NCBI RefSeq assembly: GCF_040938485.1
Contig: NW_027271821.1
Span: forward strand, 186,001-250,000
Reading direction: 5' to 3'
Source: Diadema antillarum
Taxonomy: Eukaryota
Length of the DNA: 64,000 bases
A model generated the notes under the pieces. That model had not been told where the DNA came from, searched no databases, and was given only the letters and a program-made list of their open reading frames with translations. Shown here in pieces: positions 49,177 to 63,400 of this stretch; within the stretch, counting starts at the first letter, position 1; every line of letters begins with the position of its first letter. A program made the translations under genes and the position numbers.

Positions 49177-52100
49177 TTTTAATGCGCTGCAGTTATTCAT
49201 TAATTTGACCACGGAGGTGGAAGAGGTTCCACCTCCCTGTCTCTTTTCCACCTCCCTGATCTGGACTATTCTCGAGTACTCAAATGAGTACCAACGCCGA
49301 AGAAATGATTAAGCCTCACACTTACAACATGATACACTGTATCCCATCACAGAGATTTTTTTTTTAGAAACGTTCAAACTGTGTAAAATACACGAATAAT
49401 TAATGTGTTTTCAGCGTGGTGTAACATTTAAGGTGTTATTTCGTGCAAACAAAATTGTTTCATTTCTATCCTATAATCTTCTTCTTCTTTTCTTTTAAAG
49501 CGTAGTGAAAGTTCAATTGCTCAAATTCACTATACTTGTCGTCAGAAGCCCTCTACGGCAAAGCGTTGTTACCAAACTTTTTTTTTTTCTAATCAAAGAC
49601 TGAATAAACGTTCGAAATGTTCGCGTTCTTTGATGGGATGGATACTGTATGGGAATTTAATACAAGAATTTTCTTTCACTCTTTGTTTTAGTTTCTGCCA
49701 AGTAAAGGATACTAGTATGATCCGGAAGGATCTGTTTTACTTAAAGTTGTGAAGCTTTAGCACGCAACGCTGTCGGAAGCTGGACGTTTTAGGTTTCAGT
49801 TGCTGATATTTACCATGCATAGTCTGGATTGAGTTTATGCTCAAGCAGCTTCGGTTTTCCTGAAATAAAGAGCGATTCAATTGTTTTAGTTTACATAGTG
49901 TCAAATCAATATGTATAGGCTGCTTAATGTTAAACGCAATAAGATGCATGTGCAACAAAAGCGTACAGGTGGCAAGGTTATGCTAGTATAGCAAGCAGTG
50001 AGTAATAGAACTGAATATGAGAAACTGAAAATAAAGACGTGATGAGTTCTATAGAAGTAGTTGCCATTTTGAATACGCAAGAAGCTGTCTCTGTCAAAAG
50101 TGTATAGTGATGCAAGACACCTTTCTTATAGAATACGGTACAAAGGAAATGAAGTTCAAACAGTTCCTAATATTGCCCGCTTAATCTAGGATGAACGATG
50201 ATATTGGTAATATCGTCGGATTATTATCTGTGTGTGTGTGTCACCCACCTACCGTTCCATTTTATTCATCATGTTGTACTTAAGTTTTTTTTTCCTTTGT
50301 GTATGAGTTGTGTCTTATGCTCTTAGTTTGTGTATGTGCGTGTCCTTATGCCAATGTATGGAGTATATAGCCTTAGTGTGTTGATGTTGTTTGTTTTCCA
50401 CGTTGCGTATACCTTGATCTTTCAGAAACTGTTGTTTTCTATATCATTTTCTCTTGATTTATCACTTGAAGCAGAAAACAAACCACGTGTCTTTTTGGGT
50501 TTTTTAATTTTAATTTTTTGTAAAAGCGTTATTTCAGGTATATTTACAGTGTTCTTCCAGTAAATAGATGATGTAACTTTATTCGTATAAATCAAATTAA
50601 GATTTTTGGATTTTTCTTTCGAGCAATGGTATGACTATTCTGCCCAAGGATCACGTGACAAATACCATAAAACAAGACAAAAAGACACTTTTAATTACAT
50701 CACTTTTGTGTCAATAATTGGTCAAAATTTTTTTCCCGTAGCCCTTAATATCCTTCAAGAAACAACGGAGGTAAATAAAACAAAAAAATAGTAAAAAGAA
50801 ATGGTGTTCCTGAATAATGGGCGGAAATTCCTCTCATATAAGTTATTATTAGATTTTCAGAAGTGATACTGTTTTGTTTGACAATATCGTGGAAAATCCA
50901 CGCTGCGTAAAGAGGTGCGCCGATCACTGTAGTTGCCCAGTGTTTAAATTTCGAATACAAGCATTGTTCAATGAATGTCTCATACATACACACATTCTGC
51001 TGCTTGTTGCTCTTTGAAACTTTTTCAAATAAAAGTGTCGCCAGCTCTACAATGTCTCCATGTCTCTATGTTTCCTTGAAGTTGGAACATTCTTGTCTAC
51101 GCTCTAATCAAAGATAAACACGGAGAAAAGAGAGAGTCTGTTTAACCCCTTGGAGAAGAGTAAAAACAGTGTGCAGAAATCCATCGTTTATCACGCAACA
51201 TCCAGTGTCATGTCTTTATATCATTTTAGCATGAGATTTTAACATACATCAAAACACTGAACTCGACTTAAGTGACAGATGAAAAAAAAAATGGTGACTG
51301 TCATATTTATTCATAAACGTATTGCCCACAAGAAATAAGTGGGCTTTTTACAAACCCTAGTATTGATTTCAGAATCTTGTAGCCGATGAATAAAACATAC
51401 ATCTAGTACAACTTTTCGAATATTCAGTTCTTCAAGGGAATGACGCATTTGAATGAGATCCAACACCCGTGTTCATTGAGATATGCATCAATCGGTTTCT
51501 TTTTATTTATTTTTTTTTTTGGGGGGGGGGATGGAGTTGGGGAGGTAAGGCGTTAACTAATAGATACACGCATAGAAAAATAAAAATACTTACTCAACAT
51601 AGAAAATAAAGAAATCATGTCTCATCATAAAGATGGGATATGTACCCGACATTGATATGAATTTGTTAGATTTTTGTTTAAAACATCAAGAACCATTTAT
51701 TGAAATACAAAATGTCCTTATTGCCTATACAAAAAAAAAGGTTTATCTCTTTAACACCATTCCTTTGCAAACCAGTTTTTTTTCTTTTGTGTAAGGACAT
51801 CTTGATCAGCGCGATGACATTAATCAAATTTCTTCATAGCTATCCTTTCTTCCCCGTTCAGCTGTTCTTTCTTCCCCGTTTTATGATTAAAGCAAAGATG
51901 AGAGTACGTGCGATGATTAAAGTTTACGTGTGGAAATGTTGCTCGTAATATCAGTAATCAAATTTAGAAAATACCGATTATGACTGGTATGAAACAGTTG
52001 ATGTTGTTTACATCAACCCACTTTAAATACGACATATTCATTCATAAATTATATTCTATGCAAAATGGATATGTCCATGCCAGTAGGGACATAAAACTCG

Positions 52101-52321
52101 TCAGTTATTATGTCCTCACTCCAATCCCCCTCCCCTTCTTTTAAACTCAGTTTCTCTCATTATCCTACCCCTTCGAATGTTTAATAGGAAATCCAGAGAA
52201 AGAGGAGGGGAGGGGGAGAAAATAAGCAGTTTTCCGAAATTCGTCAAATGGATGAGAATCCGTGTCAGGTGGACCATGACAGAGGACTATAGTACAGGAA
52301 AGTTCGTTGATCTTTGATCAC
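45449..52321 (+). repeat. Segmental duplication copy 2 (partner of 1-6784)
   Basis: Colinear with window positions 1-6784; the sequences diverge after gatctttgatcac. Confidence 0.95.
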
Positions 52322-52803
52322 AAAAGCCCACAGTTCGTCATGAGCTGGTGATGACTCGACGTCTATCGATGTACGAGTACGTACAGCGTTTGGTCTTGAA
52401 AGAGACTAAACTTCATCAAGAGCAATCTTCACGAGTGGTTTGAACCTTGTCGATCGTCACAGGTTTCATACTCAACCGATGACAGTTTTCACAAGGATAA
52501 TGGAAGGCAAATGGAGGGGGGGGGGGGGAGGCGAGGAAAGCAGAGAGAGGTAGAAAATGAAAATGAATAATAAGAAATCCAACAGATCGTTCTTAGCCCT
52601 ATATGTTCAATGTACCGTTTAGTGATTGTGAATAGAGTATTGTAGAGCGAAATCCCCGGGGAGGTACGGTTCCATATACAAATACCCCCTCGCTTTCAAG
52701 TACATTTGTATAATAAAAATCACCGTCTCTCTGTACGTGATAGTAATGATTACACACTCGATTGCGAGGACCGTATTCAACGCAGACTTTGCTCCCGTAA
52801 CGG

Positions 52804-52966
52804 TGACGTCACTGATAATAACGTGTTTACAATAACGCGGTACTGCAATACATTGAGGACACGCAATCGTAATTCATATTGCAGAGATTTTTTATAGGTG
52901 CACCTCAGTATTACGTAAACAGCTGTACCTGTTACATGGGAGAAAACTACACTTCGCCGTATAAAA
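52804..52966 (+). promoter_or_regulatory. Candidate CYP-C proximal promoter: TGACGTCA (52804), TTACGTAA (52911), TATAAAA (52960)
   Basis: Exact CRE and PAR-bZIP/NFIL3-type palindromes plus a TATA box 140 bp upstream of the ATG at 53100; motif match only. Confidence 0.4.
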
Positions 52967-53099
52967 GTGAAGGAACATGAACAGTAATTCGTAAAAAGTT
53001 GCCTTCATTTGCGCGTCTATTCAAATATTCATCTGGTCCTTCGTTGCATCTTCTCTCGGATCGCACATTCTGCAAATTTACTTGCTACGCGTCGAAAGC

Positions 53100-53730
53100 A
53101 TGGAAGTGGAGATCTTTGGTTGGGCCATGCCACTCTCGTGGTTCTTGCTGCTTGCAGCGGTCATTCTCTATTTCGTGTAAGTAAATTGCAGATGGCGCAC
53201 CTATTTCCCACATCACAGCAGAGTATGTAGATCATATGAAGTAGTTGGATGATTGGATTTATATAAATGTCATGCTTTGAGAATGGTATCCTCTCTTCAT
53301 GAACTTTACTTTATCATGACCTCCGATGTAGTTGTAGCAACTGTCATCATCCAATAACTGTGTTACTGTATGTTTCGACTTGAAATTATGTCATCGCCAC
53401 CTACCCTCAGTTTTCAACTTGGTGGTGAGGCTGTTATTCTTCCTTTTCTATTTTTCTCTTTTTTTGCGTGTGATTCAAAATTTAAATCATAAACACTTGT
53501 TACTTTCGTGCACATGGCGATTTTGCTGATGACTTAATTGCCGATGAGTCTTTGCAGTAGAATTATCTATATGTATTATCAATCCAAGAAGTAGAGTCGA
53601 CACAATTTATAGGTCTCAAAAAGAGTTTTCTACTCTCCCCCTTCTCTCGTCTTCTTCTCTCCCTCCTTCCCTCTTGCATTCGCACAGTCTGTAATTCTGT
53701 CTCTCTACCTGTCTCTTTCACAGACACACA

Positions 53731-53771
<41 letters not shown>

Positions 53772-56605
53772 TGTCTTCTCTTCATTTCATTGCATGTAGT
53801 ATAATTTATGTGTGTACTTTTAAGATTACTATAGTATCTAGGGCTTTACAGGAACATGATAGGGATATTAAAGGACCAGACGAGCAAGTCAAGACAAGAA
53901 ATAAAAACTCTGCTCAGCTGCGTTACGCCCATTATCAATGTTGCATGTATTTTTAGTTATGGCGTCATAATTTCACTTAGATGTAAGAGATACTGTATAT
54001 TCATACTGATATACATGTAGGCTACTTGACCATTAGACGAGGCTGAAATAGGTTTATCTATACTGCGCGTGACCATGATGGGGTGCAAGAGCCGTGGAAA
54101 TATTTGTTTGTTGTTTGTTTGTTTGTTCGTTCGTTTTTTTGTAAGTATACTGTATTTATTGATTGGTTGGTTTTAAAGGGCGGACTGCGGGTCAATGGTA
54201 TCCCCCCCCCCCCCTTTAGAAGGGAAGAATCCGGACGGAACCTTTTAAAATAAATGGTTTTCTTGGGCACTTGGGGTTATTTTTTAAGACCCCAAACAGC
54301 GTATGTAGGGGGGGGGGGGGGGCTGCAGACCCTGTTCGCTGTCATTGAGACATGAGTGCAGAAAGAGATGCATAATCCCCTTAAAAGTGCAGTGATATTA
54401 TCCAGGATTTCATGAGGATTAAGAGATTATTTATTCTCGAAGGGATAAATAGGAACGGCGAGTATAAGGACCCCCCCAAAAAGAGAAAAATATGTACAAA
54501 TGCAATGATTTATAAGTACACGTAACCAAGCATTAATTTTGCCGGAGCCATTCTATTTCCTGCTCCTCTTCTTCCTCCTCCCTTCCTTTTCTTCTTCTTC
54601 ATCATCATCATGTGATTATCTTTTATTTTGTATTATCACTAGTAATAGGAAGACGTACTGCCATTACTTTCATCTTTACTTGCAACATAAAAATGCTTTT
54701 TCATCCCTTACGCCGCATATTCTCTAGGTATCTAATGACAGCGGTTGTCTTTGCCCGGTAATGTATCCTTGCATTGCCGGTTTGCGGCTTTTGCGGGAGA
54801 CCGTATTATTTTCATCAATACACTTTCGTTCCCGGTTGTTTGTGCTTGAATATACCAGTAACATGATTGCATCATATGCCAGTGTTAATATTTTCATCAG
54901 TTTAGGCGACACACAGGTTTAGAACAAATTGATGATGTTGATTCTAGAATGATACAATTTTTTGTTTGTTTGTTTGTCAAGGAACAAAGAGGCAAAATTA
55001 TCATTATTATCATTTTATCATTATTATCATCATTATCATTACCAAGATATGATGGTGATGATGATGATGATGATGATGATTATGTTTAAATTTATTACAA
55101 TTTTGTCAGACCTAAAATATTAAAATAGACATTTCTCTGAAATAATCATTCTTCAAGTCTCTTCATGTTCGAAAACCGATTAATTTTTTTAAGAATTCAT
55201 TTTATTATTGACTAGGTGATTTTTGTTTGTTTGTTTGTCTTTGCTTATGATCGTGGATGTCAACAGAGTGAATGGGAATCTTAATGTGTATAATAGTTGC
55301 TGAAAGTCGTTAACTCAATGTTGACATTGAGTGTGTGTCTGGCAAAATGTAGGACCCTGTCACTGAACCTTATACTTTGTGTGGATAGTCAATGGATTGC
55401 TCCCTCAAATACAGCATGTTGTCGTACCAAAAGGGGTCATCAACGAGGACGAGTGGATTATTGTTGACTTTGAGCTGAGCTTTTTTAACCCTTTTTGCAC
55501 CAATAAGTCAAAATGTGCCTCAAATCTCACACACATACCAATGGCAGGAAATTAACTTGGCATGCAGAGTTTTATGAGTCAGATGATCCGTTGTTGATCT
55601 GAGTAGCCTCACTGTTGTTGTTGTTACCAGCTCATGTAGGAATAAAGAGAGGAAATTACTATGAAAATCTTTGTTATCACACGATCCACTATTTACAACG
55701 ACAACGTCAAATCATGCTGTCGCGCCCATTCTCACGTTTTGCATGTCGTTCAGAGAACCATGGCCTAATTTGGAAATTGCTGAGTCAAGGTTCAAAAGGT
55801 GCATATGTATGCTTATCATCTATACACTGCGTCTTCCAGTGCGAGGTGTGCATATATAGAAAATGTAAGCACGAACAAACGTGCACTATGACCAGTGAAG
55901 GAACGCTGAATTATGAATGATTAGTGTGTGTGCGAAAGAAATCCTGCAAAAAAAAACCTTGGCTAGATTATCTCTGCCTTTACCACTGTCGAGATGTTTG
56001 CAGGCGGTGTGAATAGCATGTTCAGATCATCCTGCATGTCGAAGGGGGTCAACCAAACATTTTTCAACTATTTAGGAAATGTCAAGCTACGAATAATAAC
56101 AATACAATAATAATACGATGCATTTATAAGGCGCTTAATATAGATGTTTCTAAGGGCACAATTTAACGGAAAATTATTATTCTGTCCAGAATAATACAAA
56201 AATACAAATACAAAAATAAAGAATATACATAAAGATACAGTGTATAAATGCGATAAATAATACTGTAAAATCTGTGGTTTATGGTCAGGTTTAATTTGCT
56301 TTTATCATAGCTCTCATAACAATCTAGCTCCGGGACCTGATAAACTGTCATGTTATATAGACTGTATCTTACCTGTTACAGGTGCAAAATACAAATTCTT
56401 GTGAAAGTCAAGCTGTTCGTGTTCATGATTATAATAACTCCAAACTATTGATCACTGGTCTGTGCTTTCCCTCTCCCCTTCAATTGTTCCATCGTACAAA
56501 CATTTTGTGTCTGTCTAGATACATCCTCTTTGTCTTATCTTCTTTGGTGAAATTCTATTGTATGTTCTCAAGCCATTTTTCGTGTTTGTTTTGTTCATCC
56601 ATCAA

Positions 56606-56676
<71 letters not shown>

Positions 56677-57404
56677 AATGCAAAACATCTTTTCGCCTCG
56701 AGGTTGTCATCCTATAGTCTAGCAAACTATATTGATGAGGTCTCCTTCACATGTACCTTGGTTTACCAAATAAAATTATTACGTTCTCTTACTTATATTA
56801 CTAACGCGAAATTATAGAAGTATTCCTTTAAGTATTCTTCATCATATTTTGATGAGAACATTGTTGATTTGTCTAATGTACAAGTGGAAAAATAAAGCAA
56901 ACTGAAACAAACTTAAACTTGAAGTGAAATCGGTATAAACAGTGTCATTAAGTAACTATCCTCGTATGGTATTTCTGAGTTGAGAACATGACAATCTTAG
57001 TCGATGTGATACGGATCTCTGGAAAATAGGTATGGTTGAGTGTAAAACTCGATGCATCGAGTCTGTTTGTCCACAGCCTAGCGTTTCGAGAGTCATGAAT
57101 AATTACTATGAGGCAACGTTAAAGTGACTATACTTACACGATAAGTTGAAAGAGCTGAACGTTATAATCTTGTACTGTTGGTCTTGATGCTATAAATTCG
57201 TCGTAGATGCTTTTTATCGAATGTAACCATGGCAACTGGGCACATTTCCTTCGTATCACTTTCTTTTCTCCAATTAAGGTACGACACGTGGTGTCATACG
57301 TACTGGCGTCGGAAGGGCGTGGTCAGCGAGTCGGCCTGGCCTGTCATTGGCTGTATGAGGGAGTTTTCAAAGGTCAGTTACGTAATATAATGAAATGTAT
57401 TATA

Positions 57405-57438
<34 letters not shown>

Positions 57439-60400
57439 AAACATATATATACGCTATATTTATATACGTTATTTCATTTTTAAGTCTTTTAATATAATCT
57501 TAAGATATTTTGCAACAAAGGAATTGCTATGTACCATCGACTTATTGGATATGTCTAACCTGACATTTATAATAGTTTGATTCTCTCTCCCACTCTCTGA
57601 TCAGGGCATACCGCAAGTGTTTACCAACATGGGCAAGAGGCATGGGAAGGTATATGGGTAGGTATAACAAGCATGCAGCTATACACAGACAGTGATATCG
57701 GCCTAAGTCTTTATGACCACACAATACGGCTCAGATCTGGTTAAAATTAGGGGCACTAATCAAGAAATTGTGTGCAGCCTGTACCTCATAGTCCGAATCT
57801 GCCCTCTTTTGATACGTTGTCGTATCTATATGCATTACGTAGGCCTACTTGTATGTAAACGTTGTACAAACGATTGCCTTCCATAGCTGCTCCGCGAGAG
57901 GGGACACTTGTCCACAATGCAATGCAATGTAATGAAATCCAAATGTCTGCGGCTGCTCACGAGCAGATACTCATAGCACAAAAGAAATGACGTCATCAAA
58001 GTCTGAATCGCCCAAGTGCAATCCGTTGATAAGAAGGATAAAGGACTGGTTATGACAAGCATTAAAAATGACGCATAAGTGAATGATGAACGATGGTGGT
58101 CATGTGGTAAGAGTGATTGTGATAATTATTATTAGAATTATATTGATTAAAAAAAAAAGGCATCTAAATGACAGAATAATGGTAATACCGATAGCAGCAG
58201 TGATGCTTGTAATGATATTCAAAAAAAGAAAATGTTGATTTCATAGCAAATTGATGTCGAAAGTCCCCTTCGCCTGAACAAATTGCATGCAACACGGTGA
58301 AATCAAGTTATCTTTAATCAGAAATACAACTGTTTAAACACCGAAATATAGGAGAACGTTAAGGATATTATACTGAAGTCTGGGTGTGAACATATTTGTA
58401 TCTATGTTTTAACTGATATTTTTTATCTTCTTTCCACTCTTGATACCTCAGGTTTTACAGTTTTTACGATCCTGTGCTGGTTATTACAGAACCTGACATG
58501 TTGAGAGATATCATGGTCAAAAACTTCGGAAATTTCCACAGCCGAGTGGTAAATAATTTCGTCATTTCCAACATCTTCTTTAACTTTGCACACATGCAAA
58601 ACACACATTTCTCTGCAATTCGCACTTGCACTCTTCAGTAGCACAGCTTTCTAGTCCCACGGCCATCTCTAGATTGAATGTATATGCTTACGTTTAGGTT
58701 CTCATTTTCATAAAGCACTAGCTTTATATGAAAGTCTGCGGTTCTCTTCTCGTCAGTTACAGTTATACCCCCTCCCACACACCGTACTTTTGCTTTCAAG
58801 ATTGTTAAGAACACTCGTATGTGTTTCAATTTACTATTATAAGATCACCCTTTGTAGAATTGCTCGTTTATCATGTATCAAAGAATCTATAATTTGATGT
58901 TGGTTTGTCCTGAGATATACAGAAATTAACTAAACGTCAACTTAGCGTTGAATGATTTTCTGCAAATGACTTGTAAGGTGAAGAAGGTTCATAATTTGCC
59001 TTTTACAAGACTCATTACGTATGTATTTGGGCTTTTTCGTAAAATCGCAAGAAACACAGACATTCCCTACAGTTTTGCCTATTTTCATAATCTCCCTTTC
59101 TGATTTTCATAACGGTTCTCTCCTGACGATGAGTACAGCGTTTTCCTCTGACCAACAAAGAGTTCATAGAAGGCGTCGGAACCCTGGAGGGCGAGCGATG
59201 GAAGGAGGTCCGCAACCTGCTCACGCCAACTTTCAGCGGCTCCAAGATGAAATTGGTCAGTCACTAACGGAGCTCACCTCCGTACGTGTGTCAGGCGAGC
59301 AACTGCTGCTCTGTAGAGCTCGAGGAGGGCAAGGCTTGCGAAGCGGCACTCCACGAGCGCGCTCCTCATTGGATAGCAAAACGTCGGCTGATGTGGGTCT
59401 ATCGTCTATAGGAAAATAAGCTACTCAGTATTTCATTTTACAGAATTACAGACTACCATGCAAGACAAGCGTTTCTCGAACAGAAGAGAAGTATTATGAT
59501 GGCTCATACAATAGTAAACCACTGTAACATTAATGATATGAAGAGCTTGTTCGCAAAAACCGATAAGTCCATTTTTGAAGATTTTGAAGTACGGTCTCTT
59601 TCATAAAGTACAAAATAATACCTTTTAAATGATATATTGGTCACTACATATAAAGGTATATATTTGAAGTCATGGTCAAAAGAAGCAAAGATTTTCTTAT
59701 TATTCTCTTTATTTTTCTTGACCTTTTATCGGAAATATCTCCATTTGGCAAATATGGACTTATCGGTTTTTGCGAACAAACTCTTCATATCATCACTAAA
59801 TGCGTCTCCAATCGACATTTACACGCACGTCTTTACTATTTTTAAAAGAAAATCACATGAAGAAACTTGAAGCCTTCTCATAAAATCCATTGCTGTGAGT
59901 GGGAAGCATTCATAGCTGGTAAATTACACCGGTAAGGACACAATATTTATGATGCAGAAAATTTTCATCGGCTGTTATGATGAAAATGTCACGGCGCTGA
60001 ACCTAATGCGAGGTGGTGATAGTGTCACCTCATCTACTTTGCACGCGTGGTTGCCACCAACATATTATACCCTGGTCCCGCAAAAACATATCATATCCTA
60101 GCATTCCGTAACTGCAGCATTACATGTCAATTTGATGAAATGTTGGTAATTTTGTTGGTTTGGAATTACCCCTAGTTTGTAAAGTAACTTTAACAAGGAG
60201 TGGCGTTGCACTTCACATAAATATACGATAACGTGCCGCCGTGTTCAAAAGGGCATTAAGATTCAGTATATAGCGCACTACAGGAGTTATGAGAATTGTC
60301 TGCCTGCTGAACTTTGCAATAAACATGGACGAATGGATCGCTCATTGTGCGAATAGAATATAATTATTGTGCAATCCATGACGAGCGCCGTGAATAGAAA

Positions 60401-63400
60401 TTACCCAACCATAAAAGGCTCCGTGAACTCTACAACTCTATCATCTACTTTTCAGCATGTTTATATTGTATCCATGTATCTCAAAAGGAGGTGTCTACTT
60501 TAGAGACCAGTGTATTGTACCTTACAACGGCGTGTTTGAATGAAGAAGAAAAAAAATGAACAACTGATTCACTATGAATACCTAAGGCGCAAACGGCTAT
60601 CAAAGAAATCAGCGTGATGCACTTTATTCATGGTGACAACGTGTGAGAAATGAGCAGTTTTCTGTCTGAAAATAATCTGAAAAAAAAAATCTTTTAGACT
60701 TCAAAAAGAGGAGCACTTCATTCTATATCATTCCAGCAAGCGGGGAGCTAGAGCATCGGATAGTGTCTCAATGCACAATTCAAATGTCCACAGATTGTTG
60801 AAAAAGCGGTGAGAATCGCGGGTTACATACCACTGTGCATTGTAAATGTAAAGCGATTGCAATTCTCTCCTCCTGGGTTTTAGTTAGACATTCTTGAGTG
60901 TGCAAGATTCTTTTTTTAATACAATTCAGATAAAATTTTCATTTGTGGGTATAATCAAAATTGCGTAATGCAGCGATTGATACTGTTGCCCACAACAAAG
61001 CAGGACTTGAGTTTGTATGGCTTTTTTTCTTTAAGTTATGTATCAAAACATGTATATGTGCCAATAAAATTGATGAAGAAATGCATGAATTAAATCAAAT
61101 CAAACCAAATCATGGCATTCGATGACATCACTCAAGACGACAATCATTACCTATTTATCGTCTGATTCGTTGTAGATGTCTTCCCTGGTGAACGACAGCG
61201 CAGATAACCTGCTGAAGAACATTGGCAAAGAGCAAAACGACAAAGGATACATGGAGTGCAGGAAGTAAGTTTGTCTGTGTGTTTGTATGTGTGTATGTGT
61301 GTGTGATGTGTGAGGTATTTCAATTTCAATTTCAGTTCAATTGTTCTTTTAATTTCCATCCAACAAAAATGTAATACAAATACAAAGTTATACATCTGAT
61401 AAATCTTAATTATTGTTAACAATTTTGTAAGCGGTGTGAATCAGAAAGTTTAATACAAAATATGATATATTAACGAATAAATGTAAACAATGCATATTTT
61501 CAAAATCTTCAAATTCTTCAAAATCATGCAACAACCACTTTGGTTATAATATTAATGAAAAGATAAGAATATGGAGGTGGGGATTACAGAAGTATATGCG
61601 TATAGTTTATACTATCGGGCTAAAGAAGACAGTATGAGGTGAGAGGGGGTAGTTCAGTTCAGTCAAATTTATTTCGCTTTTTCACAATAGAATGATTATA
61701 TAAACGTAAATCTCACTGTCTTTAGTGACAAAAATGATACATGTAAATTTATACAAAGAAAACAATTATTAACACTACAGTAAGAATACATTACAATGGT
61801 TGCTAAAGTAACAAAAGTGAAATAATTGTCAATATTGTGTGGAGGAGAAACAAAGTTAACGTAGATGCTGAGTATGATTCTCCTTTTAACAAAGCTATTA
61901 GATATGCATATAGATCAATTCAACTTTGTATCTTTTTTTTAACTGCAGATTATTTGGCGCTTTTGTAATGGATACCATTGGAAGCTGCGCCTTTGGACTG
62001 AACATCGATTCTCAGGGACGGCCAAACGATCCATTCGTAACCCACGCCCAGCGAGCCTTCAGAATCGATCAGAACAGCCCCATCTTCGTCATATCGGGTA
62101 ATGACAATCGATATCTATACATGGCATCAAGCTATGATCTGAAAAAAAGAAGGTTTATCCTCGTTCATTATGGCCTGTATTTCACTGCCATATCAGTCTC
62201 GTTATATCAGAGTGATGTGAGCGTAGAATCGTATTGCACATTATTATCATTATTGTTATTATTATTATAATCATTATCATTATTATTATTGTCACTATTA
62301 TTGCATAAAAGATTCATTGTTTTTGGAAGTATAGGTGAAGCAGGACTGTGTATGTAAGAGAGAATGGTGATATTCCATCATATTCTGCCAAGCAGTCATC
62401 ACTTGACCCGTTATCTCCAAGAAAAAGTATACGTCTCATAGATCTGTTGCTTGACATATCTGATTAAAACAGTTATTTTGTTGTTCCAAATCGTAGACTC
62501 GCATGTAGTTGTGTCAATGTCTGTGATGTAGACTTGATGAGAATGATACGCGTAATAAAAGGCACGAACAGGTTCGACGTAAACCCGACAAACTAATCAC
62601 GCCTTGTGAGGTATGAAAAGACCCAGTTATTGCATCCCTCAATGCTAAATCAAAATGTGATTTCCATTTGTTGTTGTGTATTGTCATTGTTGTTGGAGAC
62701 TCTTTCTTTGTTACGTTTCCAGCCATGTTTCCATCAATTGGACGCCTTCTTGCCGAATGTGGTTACGGCTTCGTTCCCCGGGACGTTGTCCAGTTCTTTT
62801 GTGACGTCACGCTCAAAGCAGTTGCTCTTAGAAAACAGACCGTGGGCGCCGTCAAGAAGAAGGTTGGTTGTGTAGTCATATCTTAATGGACTGCCATTTT
62901 GATCAAAATAGCCTTTTCCTTCTTCGCTTGGTTAGTTGATTGATTGATTGACCNNNNNNNNNNNNNNNNNNNNNNNNNNNNNNNNNNNNNNNNNNNNNNN
63001 NNNNNNNNNNNNNNNNNNNNNNNNNNNNNNNNNNNNNNNNNNNNNNNNNNNNNNNNNNNNNNNNNNNNNNNNNNNNNNNNNNNNNNNNNNNNNNNNNNNN
63101 NNNNNNNAAATCATGTCAACAACTTTGGGTATGACGGACGTACTACAGGAGCCCCAGAAGGTTTCTGTGTGTGTGCGGGGGTGGGGGTGGGAGGGGTTCA
63201 AGGTGTCACCACCCCCCCCCCCTTCTCAATTGGAAGAATCTTTGCGCGAAACCATCTTTTGTGTTTGTGTTTGGGGATCGCAATTTTACCCGCTCTTATT
63301 TCAAAAGCCAAAATTTGAGGGGCTTTCAGCCCCAGCCTCCCCCTCCCCCATCGACAAAAGACACTGTGTTTTGATTTGCGCATGTTCACACATTCAGCAG

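Noticed and set aside
55240-55390. Possible reverse-transcriptase remnant on the minus strand (QGSVTG resembling QGSVLG)
   Set aside because: The similarity is too short and the frame too broken to support a call without a profile search
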